The translations under genes were made by a program, and so were the position numbers. Positions 26,352 through 35,199 of a DNA stretch of 64,000 nucleotides are shown here, in pieces. The stretch comes from Selaginella moellendorffii (lineage: Eukaryota; Plantae; Lycopodiophyta): positions 400,365 to 464,364 of the forward strand of contig NW_003314319.1 of the NCBI RefSeq assembly GCF_000143415.4. Direction: 5' to 3'. Each line of letters starts with the position of its first letter. Positions within the stretch are counted from its first letter, which is position 1. The notes beneath the pieces are model-generated. The model was not told the DNA's origin, did not search any database, and was given only the letters and a program-made list of their open reading frames with translations.

Positions 26352-27292
26352 TGTAAGCAACCAAAGAGAATGACTTGAAAGACGATCCATAAGGTTCAAA
26401 TATAGAGGGAAAGAGATCATGAATAAGAGTGCACCCCTTTTTCCAATCGGTTAAAGGTCTTGGGATATTTGGGGTTAAGCGTCCTTGGGTTTGAATAGTA
26501 CTGGGTTGGGTGACCTCCTGGAAAGTCTAAACTCAAAAGGTTACATTTGGTATTAGAGCGGTCTCATGGAAAGTCTAAATTCAAGAGGTTACATTTGGTA
26601 TCAGAGCGGTCTCAGGTCCGACTCTGTTAATTGGCTAGGGGAATCACAGGTCCGACTCTGTTAATTGGCTAGATGCTTTATTTCGTTAAAGTGGGACTTT
26701 TCATTATCCCACTTATGGTGTGTGGCCACATGCCATTTTTATAACAACAATAAAAAATTGAAGTTTTAACTTTATAATTTATAAATTAAAAACTTTTCAT
26801 ATGATTTTGTGTTATAATAATGTGAAATATAAAAAAATAAATTAAAAAACTGATAGAAATATTAATAAATATTAATTAAGTACTAGGAAATGGCATGTGG
26901 ACACATGCTAATTAATGTCCCACTTTACTGAATAAGTCCCACTTTAACGAAATAAAGCATCTAGGGGAATCACACCACATGTTAATTAACATCTAGCTGG
27001 TTCAATTTGCTCTCACTGGGTCCGACTCTGTTGGTTGACTAGAGGAATCACACCACATGTTGATTAACATTTAGCTAGTCCAGTTTGCTCCCATTGGGTC
27101 CGACTCTTGATCTGAGGGGTAGGGTGTCAAGAGAGCGGGGCTCTCGGGAGAACTACGACTCTCAGCTTCCATTCACAAGGGCGTGAACTTGCATCGGTTA
27201 AGGGTCTTGGGATATTTGGGGTTAAGTGTCCTTGAGTTTGAATAGTACTGGGCTGGGTGACCTCCCGGGAAGTCTAAACTCATGAGCTTACA
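26352..27292 (+). mobile_element. Cassandra-like TRIM carrying 5S rRNA internal-promoter sequence in both LTRs
   Basis: TGTAA..TTACA termini, 5-bp TSD TGTGT (26347-26351, 27293-27297), tRNA-iMet PBS TGGTATCAGAGC (26596-26607), PPT GAGGGGTAGGG before LTR2 (27125-27292), 5S-like A-box/IE/C-box at 26474-26527 and 27221-27274, and no coding capacity. Confidence 0.88.
26672..26961. mobile_element. MITE (290 bp) inserted in the TRIM internal region
   Basis: Perfect 28-bp TIRs GATGCTTTATTTCGTTAAAGTGGGACTT around an AT-rich interior. The neighbouring uninterrupted repeat unit (TTAATTGGCTAGGGGAATCACA, ~26626-26648) shows the empty site. The TSD is TA, or CTAG if the ends are read 1 bp further in. Confidence 0.9.
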
Positions 27293-28574
27293 TGTGTAAG
27301 GGGTGTAAGGTTTGTAAATACACATACATAAAGATATATATATTACCCTGGCTAAGTAATACACTAATTATAGTACTATAGTATATAAACTATCTATTTG
27401 GGACTAAATGTGGTCCATCTATTTTGTATATGAGCAGGATTCTAAACCCCAATTAATATACCTATTCTCATATCATGAGCACTCATATTATCAAATTTCA
27501 AGGATGCCTATAATTAGATTAGCCAAATTGATATTCAAGTAATTAGAGAAAAAGGATATTATGAAATTAGATATCAAAGATTACATCAATTTATTGCAAA
27601 ATTTCTGATTTATAATAGCAAATTAATCTCTTTCCACATTTTTTTTATAGAGAAGAAATAAAGATCTTACTTAATTAGATCACTTTAGTGGTTGATATGT
27701 TATCTAGTGTCACTATAATTTATCAGAATTTTGCAGGTCAATTTTCTAGCTTTGTTTTCTCTGTCTATGTTTTGCTATTTAGATAAAACTCCGTATCTTC
27801 ACCATGTTGGTTGTAATGATATTGTCTTAGTACCCCTTTTCTCGTAATTTATTAGTAAATTTCCTTTTATTTCAAGAAAGGGGCCCAAATCTTGCTCATG
27901 TAGGCTCATGTCCTGATGTAAACTGGGTCAGCTAAAAGTTTTATATTTTATTTTTTACATAATTTAAATAAATATTTAACAAGTGAAAAATAGAAATTTT
28001 TATGGACAAACTGTGACTATATTTGTTTTAGGTGGAGGTTATATCCAAGCACAAAAGTCATATGGTACAACAAATTTTGATGAGTTGGGAGCTGGCACAA
28101 AGCACAAAATTTAGCATGTTTAAAAATTTTATTGATAAAAAATTTAAGTATGTCCTCACTACAAACACTAGAATAATTCCTTTTAAAAGTATTTCTTGGA
28201 AACTTAGTCATGGATTAAATTGCATATCACCAACACCATTAAACAAGATGGGTGTAATTGAAAAGATTTACCTTAAATGGAAGGAGGTGATACATAAACT
28301 CATATACTGGTTCAGATTAATATGAAATATATAAAAAAGATTCATAAACTACTTTATGGCAGTAGGTTCAAACCAAGAAATAACAACAATAAATAATACA
28401 AAAATGACAAAACATGGCTTTACATCTAACATTTAATACAAATGAGTCTAAAGGTGTTACTATCTAGAATATCTAGATATATTCTTTAATCTAATTACTT
28501 CTTTAATATATTTGTAATTAATGTTTAATATTAATATTTTTAGTACTCAATAGCTTGATTGAATATAGAAACAT

Positions 28575-29566
28575 TGTCACTACCATGTGAGATAAAGGTC
28601 CCAGCCAAGAAACCCTAACTTGAACCTTAAAGGATTCTATCTCTGGAAGAAATTTGCCACAAAAGTATTATCCTCCTTAACAGGCTGTGGCTCGCCCGTT
28701 AACTTGATTCAACCGTTGGCAGCCATCAGATCGAATCAGGTTCTCTGTGAGAACATGGCTGACAACTGCAAAGTTCTCCAAAACCTAGTTGCCAGCTGCC
28801 AGGTTCTAGAGAACTAAGCTACCAGCTGCCAATTCTGGAGAACCTTCTCATCCTCAAATAACATTCTTCCACGTGTCCATTAACGGTCTCGCCACAGCTT
28901 GTTAAGGCCGTTCCACAAGCACAGGCTCGCTCATTCCCTCCAGAACGCACTCGCCAAGCTAATGCCTGGCTCGCCTATTCTGGGCGGGAACATGCTTGCC
29001 CTACCCGGGAACTCCTTCTTCCCAAACTACACCCACTTCACCTGCAACATCACTGAGCATTTGTGGAGCATCACTGCATAGGAATTCGCATTGCTGCAAT
29101 GCCAGCCGGGCAGATCCACCACCATGCAAGCCAGGAACCCACGTGGCATGCCGTGGCAGTGGACATGTCACATATGAAATGCATAATGCAGCTGTTATAT
29201 TTCTCACGTACTTCTAAGCGTTGTCTAGATTAGGCCTCAACACTGTCTCACTGGTTTCCAAACTGGGAGAGGCTCTAAGGACACTGTCCTTAGCAAACCG
29301 GCCCCAACTATGCTTGCCACTTATGTTCCTATCAGAACTCCTGGGAGGAAGATTGTGGAAACTCTAACTCCGGCTCTAGGAGGATTTCAGTTAGGAGTAT
29401 GATGTTTTGAAGAAAATTCTAGATGTTCTGCTCCCAAGATGACTCTACTCTTTCATACCTGGGTACGTGCCGCTGTTTTACACACCGCATTGTCAATTCC
29501 TGACGTACGTATATGGGCATACCCTATTCGCAGCAGCTTGGATCAAAAGTCGGGTGATGACCTACA
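28575..29566. mobile_element. Possible solo LTR (~990 bp)
   Basis: GC-richer island in AT-rich DNA that begins TGTCAC and ends CCTACA, flanked by ACAT on both sides. It contains imperfect ~30-bp tandem repeats (28738-28845). The terminal inverted repeat is only TGT/ACA. Confidence 0.35.
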
Positions 29567-29600
29567 ACATTCTAAATATTGAATTCGTAATTTCACTGCA

Positions 29601-30128
29601 ATAAATCACAGCTAAATTGTGATCTTTACTAAAATCCCTTCCTAGGAAATATTTTGATCCAGAAATATGGATGCGCTTCCCGTTTTCAATTAAATGGAGG
29701 TTCCTGGCATGGTGGAGGTTTCAAGGCATGGGCGCTGTTTGATGCAATGCCACAAAGGACAGTGGTGGTTTGGAACTAGATCCTTTCAGCATATTCCCAG
29801 AACAACTATTTCTCGGAAAGTGGGACACCCAGAAGATGCTTTTCGATGCCATGTCCGAGCACACTTTGGTATCTTTGATGCAGGCATATTCGCTTCTATA
29901 CAGATGCTGCAGCATATATTTTTAGCAAGATGCTGGAAAGTCAATATATAAATACTCTGGCAACTGCATAAACTAGTGTCACAGCGGCTCTCTCTTAGAG
30001 ACAAAAAGCTTGTTCGATGTTTCCATCCTTGATAGCTGAGCGTATTGTGTTGCAGCATAGCCGACAGAGCTCCCGCATCGTATCGAACACTCTCTTTGCA
30101 CCGCCAAATCCGCATATTCCACAATCAT
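29601..30128. pseudogene. Second deletion-riddled PPR fragment with an internal inversion
   Basis: 29601-29944 matches 30741-31269 in direct orientation, and ~29955-30128 matches ~31289-31497 in reverse orientation. Both parts carry many short deletions. Confidence 0.88.
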
Positions 30129-30667
30129 AAAAGTCCCCACTGGGATTATTTCATATGTATTTGCTTTAAAGTTTTTTACAAGATATTTATGTAACATTAT
30201 ATTAGTTATTATCAAAAATTCATTCCTTGAGTATTAAACTTTTTTCAATTCCTAAGTTCAAAACAGACATTTTTAAATCCTTAGTAAGATCAAATCTAAA
30301 ATGTCTAAGAAAATATTTAGTAAATTAGGTTTTCTTATACCGAAAAAGTTACATTACCCTTGAAAATTAAAAACAAAATAAATATATTATAGAATCTTTT
30401 CGTATTTGAAGGTTTCTGGATTCCCAGCAGTTGGCTAGGATCATTACCGGTCTAGGGAGGAAAGATACAATGTCATCCTAGGTGTAGCTCCGAGGGCTCC
30501 TTCAGGATTCACAGATAAAAATGGTTTTTGATATTTTCTGGACACTGGATCAGCTTTATGATCGACGACGTCATGAAGACAAGGAGTTTTCTTTCTTTCT
30601 TTTATAGAAAAGAAAGGAAGAAAAAGCACAAAAACAACCAGCCCTCTGATTGACCTACAAAGCTCTG

Positions 30668-32047
30668 ATGCTGGAGGGATCTTGTGTGAGGCAAATTACG
30701 TGGTCGCAAACGGCACTGGAGAAGCTTGTTTCTACCTGTGATAAATCACAGCTAAATTGTGTCGAAGAGTTAATCTTTACCAGCGAGAACGGTAAAAAGC
30801 CCTTCCTAGGAAATACTTTGATCCAGAAATATTGGACCTTTGGCTGTGTGGAGGATGCGCTTCGGGTTTTCAATCGACTGGAGGTTCGCAATATCTTCTC
30901 GTGGTCTATCATGGTGGGAGTATATTCCCAGCTTGGGAATCTTTGCGAGGCACGGGCGCTGTTTGATGCAATGCCGCAGAGGACAGTGGTGGTTTGGAAC
31001 TCGATTCTTTCAGCATATACCCAGGACAGGGAGCACAGCGACTTTGTAGAAAACTATTTCTCCAAAATTATGCCCGAGTGGGACGTGATATCGTGGAATG
31101 TGATGATTTCCTTCTACGCCCAGGCGGGGCGCCCAGAAGATGCCCGGAATCTTTTCGATGCCATGCCTGAACACACTTTGGTTTCTTGGACAGCACTGTT
31201 GCAGGCATATTCGCTCGGCGGGCATACACAAGCTGCAGCATATACTTTTAGCAAGATGCCGGAAATCAACAGCTTCTCGTGGAACATCATGATTGCGGAG
31301 TATGCCGCTGTCGGGGATTTTGGCGGTGCAAAGCGAGTGTTTGACTCAATGCCGGAGCTCTGCAGGCTGTGCTGCAACACAATGCTGTCGGCTTGCATCC
31401 GGGCTGGAAACATAGAGCAGGCTTTTTGTCTCTATAACGTGATGCAAGAGAGAGACACTGTGACGCATAACGCAATGGTTTATGCATTTGCCAGAGCTGG
31501 GTATTTTGAGGAATCAAAGCGGATCTTTGAAACTATGCCCGAGTGGGACATAGTCTCGTTTAATGCTGTGTTTGAAACTGCGTGCGCGAATATGGAAAGC
31601 TTGGATAGATTAAAACATGCTTTTATGGAAATCAAAGAGACCAACATTATATCATGGACAATATTGTTTCAAGCATATGCCCAAAGAGGGCATTTGGATT
31701 CTGCCACAAAAGTTTTCGAAACTGTTCCAGTAGAGAAAAATGTGGTCCTGTGGACGGCCATGGTGGCCTCGCACGCACACCTTGGAAAAGGCGAGAAGAC
31801 TTTGGAGTTACTGAGCTTGATGGAGCTCGATGGTGTCGAGCCAAACCAAGTTTCTTTCCTCTTTGTGCTAAGTTCGTGCAGCCATGTTGGTTTGCTTGAC
31901 GAAGCTTTTGCCTGTTTCGCTAGAATGGTGGAAGACCATCGCATTGTCGTGTCGGATCAACACTACTGCATTCTTGTAGATCTTCTCAGCCGGAGTGGAG
32001 AGCTAAAAAACACAGAGAAACACCAGCACTGTGCTTGGTGGTGCTGA
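30668..32047 (+). CDS. PLS-class pentatricopeptide repeat protein, E-domain region apparently frameshifted
   Basis: Intronless ORF of tandem ~31-aa motifs (VSWN.MI..YAQ.G...A..LFD.MPE), then GVEPNQVSFL.VLSSCSHVGL and HYCILVDLLSRSG. The expected PWTTVL continuation lies in another frame after the stop. First ATG is at 30668. Confidence 0.85.
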   Translation: MLEGSCVRQITWSQTALEKLVSTCDKSQLNCVEELIFTSENGKKPFLGNTLIQKYWTFGCVEDALRVFNRLEVRNIFSWSIMVGVYSQLGNLCEARALFDAMPQRTVVVWNSILSAYTQDREHSDFVENYFSKIMPEWDVISWNVMISFYAQAGRPEDARNLFDAMPEHTLVSWTALLQAYSLGGHTQAAAYTFSKMPEINSFSWNIMIAEYAAVGDFGGAKRVFDSMPELCRLCCNTMLSACIRAGNIEQAFCLYNVMQERDTVTHNAMVYAFARAGYFEESKRIFETMPEWDIVSFNAVFETACANMESLDRLKHAFMEIKETNIISWTILFQAYAQRGHLDSATKVFETVPVEKNVVLWTAMVASHAHLGKGEKTLELLSLMELDGVEPNQVSFLFVLSSCSHVGLLDEAFACFARMVEDHRIVVSDQHYCILVDLLSRSGELKNTEKHQHCAWWC

Positions 32048-32099
32048 TGGTCCCTTGGACAACTGTTCTTAGAGTTTCCGGGGATCTCGATTGTGGTCA

Positions 32100-32300
32100 G
32101 GGGTTTTACTTTTGTTGGATCAGAGAAACTGGCAAGTCACTAAAACTAAGCGTTTTCAATTGCGAGAAGTTCATTACGTAGAGGTGATGGAGTCATGCGA
32201 AAGCGTCAGTGACAGCGTAAGTCACCGCATCGAATGTCCGTGGGCTTGTCAATCACTTTGCACGTAAGTTCTTCTTTGAGGCTTGACAGGCTCTAGCTCC
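32100..32300 (-). pseudogene. Decayed 3' fragment of WEX
   Basis: The reverse complement matches 21365-21640 (GAAGAACTTACGTGCAAAGTGATTGACAAGCCCACGGACATTCGATGCGGTGAC is identical) and includes remnants of the last intron, with short deletions. Confidence 0.9.
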
Positions 32301-32519
32301 GACCCAGGCGGATTATGGTCTCCTTGGTTGGAGAGCCACGGAATCCCAATAAACAAAAATCAAAAGTAACATGCTCTAATAAACGTGATACCGTTAGGCT
32401 TTTGTTTAAACCAAAACCAACAGGCAGAGACAGCTAGAGTTCTTACTGAGCTATACAGTTTCTTGATCAAAACATCTTCTACAAATCAGATTACCAGGCA
32501 AAACGGAACGTTAACTCTT

Positions 32520-34412
32520 TCAGCAGATCCTCTGTTTCTTCCGCATACGGACAATCTCCAGCTGCGGAGGTGTCTTCTTCGGAAGAAAAATGATCACCTG
32601 TTGGTTGTCGTACTCCCAAAAGGACTGATTAGTATCGACGGACGAGAATTCAAACACAATGCTGAGGCAGCACTCGTCCTCCACAGGCTCCTCGTTGCTG
32701 TAAATCTTCACCATGTCCAGACACGTCTTTTGCAGGTCACCTTTCACAGGGCCAGATACAATGTCTATTCTCCCTGCAGCAACCACAATATCAGTCAGCA
32801 TGCATCGTCAAGAGGCCACACACCACACTAACCTGCAAATCTCGGTAGTTTGAGACGGATGACATACTTGTCTTCCGACTCCTTGATGCTGCACAGTTCC
32901 CCTTTTGTTGCCTTCAGCTCAGATTCGTACAGCACCAGGTTCCGCTCAAAGACTCTCGCCTTGAAGAAGTTCCGCTGCTCTTTACGGATTTCTACGAGTC
33001 TTTGCTGGTATATGTCTTCAACCATTTCCGGCGTCCACGCAAGGAATTCATTTCCGACGTGTATCCTCATGAAGCCCTGAACGAAGTTGTAAGCGTCCTC
33101 AAGGTCTGTTGCGAGATTGCCAGTAACCAGTTTCTTCCTCTGAAAATGCGGTGATGAGAACGAGCTGTAAGAATTGAGATCAGCTTACCATATCGGGTTT
33201 TACGTAGTAAACCCCGACCAGACACTTGGAGTTCCTTCGAGTGAGCGTTGTGCCGGTTTTCCTTTCATATTGGACCTTGCGCGTATCATATTGTGCTTGC
33301 AGTTCCTCCAGAGTACCTGGCACCAGCTTATACGATTCCTCGGGGAAGGAGGTCTTCAACCAGTCTCTCATACCGGAAACATGCTTCTTGTACGCCCTGA
33401 AAGGAAGAATATGAGAAATATGTTTAGTGCTGTCGTCTCACTTACGCGTAGCTTTCTGGAGTGATCTCGCCGTCGCAGACTGTCACGAATCCAAAAATGT
33501 CCAAAATCCCATAGTTGTACACATCGTTGGCCCAAACAAAGGTATACAGTCGATCAACGGGGTGAAATTCCTCGAGCTCCCTCAAAAGCTCGTTACAGCC
33601 AGATGAACCCGACTGAAATGTGTCCTCGTCTTTCAAACTGGACCAACATTCGTTAGTGCCTGCTGCGAGGGGAAAACGGATTTAATTTACCTCCATTTAG
33701 CTTCAGTGACGGAAACCGGCAGCCAGAACTCGGGCTTCACGTAAGGATAATGCTTCTTCATCCACTGGATTAATTCAACGTTTTTCACTTTGCTCTTGAA
33801 GTCGCAACGCCACCGCTGTAGCACAACGAAGCACGTAAGTTGCAGGCAGGCAGATCATTTCATAAGGCTACTTCTTACCTTGGGTTCGTCCTTGTACTCG
33901 ACCTCGTGGTATTCCCGCATGTCCGTCTTTACCTCGAAAACAGCGTTTCCGTCGTCGTCACGAATTATCTCACCATTCTCGTCGCGTTGCACGACATAGA
34001 ATGTGACTCCTTCCACTTCTGCAATCATGTCTCGATCACGGGGAATCACGTACCGAAAGCCGGGAAACAGCGAGCCCATGTGAATTCTGGCTTGAGATTC
34101 AGTAGCTACCTCAGAAAAGCAGCGCTTCGTCTCAGCTGGTCCCCGACTGATCTTGTCAAGAATAGAATCAAGTGTCGCCTGCCTCAAGCCGACATAAGTC
34201 TGATCCATCTTGTCGTCTGATGGAAAGTTGCCGGAACAAGATACTAGCGGATGCTGGAACATGAAGGAGGCTGCAGTTGCTTCGGATGGCGGACAGTTCA
34301 AGAGAGACCTTGTCCTGCTAGAACCCGGGCTAGCCGGGGTAACAGGAGGCACTGTAACCGGAATAGCAGGAGGCGCGACCGAGGAAGCCGATGGAACCGG
34401 ATCTACATCCAT
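32520..34412 (-). CDS. Uncharacterised six-exon protein (~540 aa), putative divergent ARID + alpha-crystallin/Hsp20 domain protein
   Basis: The ORF pieces join in frame through five short GT-AG introns, one a 53-nt intron with a CACTAAC branch point. A telo-box lies just upstream (~34449). Domain calls rest on by-eye resemblance only. Confidence 0.7.
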
Positions 34413-34799
34413 AGCTACTGGACCTCGGCACTTCCAGAACCCTACCCTAAACCCTAAACATTTCTCGCCAGGGTTAACAAAATAGTTTACGAATTTATTT
34501 ATTTAAATATAATTTTTGTATGTAAAAATATAATATAAAGTTTCTATGATTTATTGCTTATAAACTAATTTTTTTTAAAAATACTCACATAATAATCTTT
34601 AAAAGATTATTATGCATTGCATGTAGCAATGTTTAGTTTGCTTAATAGTAGTGTTATTCTTACTTATTAATCTAATTGATCAAATAAAGTTTAAAATTAT
34701 AAGCATATTTGTAATTTATAAACACAAGATTAATCTTGTTGCATATCAACCATTAGAAGATAAAATAAAAAAGAATAAACTAGAAAGGGTTTTAGAAAG

Positions 34800-34950
34800 T
34801 TTATAAATTATAATATAAGATTAATTTAAATGAATAATAACCGTTAGATGGTAGAATATCCTAGAATACTCAAGCATATTTTAGGTATATCTACTACCAT
34901 CTCAACCCCCTATAAGTTTTGTTTAAGAAAACCAAAAACCACTCATTACC
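34800..34950. repeat. Dispersed AT-rich repeat, second copy at ~59280-59460
   Basis: TATAAATTATAA..CCGTTAGATGGTAGAATATCCTAGAATACTCAAGCATATTT aligns with TATAAATTATAA..CCATTAGGTGATAGAATATTTTAGAATATTTAAGCATATTT. Confidence 0.65.
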
Positions 34951-35199
34951 AAAAAGTTTATATATATCCTAAGTCTGTCCATTTATGGCCCAATGTCCAT
35001 CTATTTATAGCCCAACTTTTCTTCCATCAATAGCCTTAATATTACCTGTTTGTTGCCGCAAGGAAGAGTGAGGATGGTGTGGGACAACAATATTTTCCAA
35101 GTAACTACAAACAAGCCTAAAGACATTAGAGTAAAAATAAGCAAATTTGTTACCTTTGGCATTAGAAATTCCAAGACTTCATTCTTTCTCTTATTTTTT

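Larger units (their letters stand above)
24066..27487 (+). mobile_element. Old non-coding/decayed LTR element related to the Ty3/gypsy at 46658
   Basis: 5' LTR 24066-24258 (TGTAAGGGG..CATTCACA) is followed by PBS TTGGTGGAAGTGAG. PPT-like AGAAGAGAGGA lies at ~26335-26345. The 3' LTR starts at 26349, is split by a TRIM insertion, and ends CACTCATA at 27487. A 4-bp TSD TTAT is at 24062-24065 and 27488-27491. Confidence 0.8.

Noticed and set aside
26474-26527. 5S rRNA gene
   Set aside because: Only the internal promoter portion is present, embedded in LTRs. There is no 5S 5' end and no T-run terminator.
26615-27110. CRISPR-like array of GGTCCGACTCT repeats
   Set aside because: The context is eukaryotic, the intervening sequences are themselves repeated, and no cas genes are present.
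34838-34870. TA-flanked terminal inverted repeat of the pogo-like element
   Set aside because: Homology with the 59.3-kb copy continues to the left of this point, so it is not a terminus, and no matching opposite end was found.
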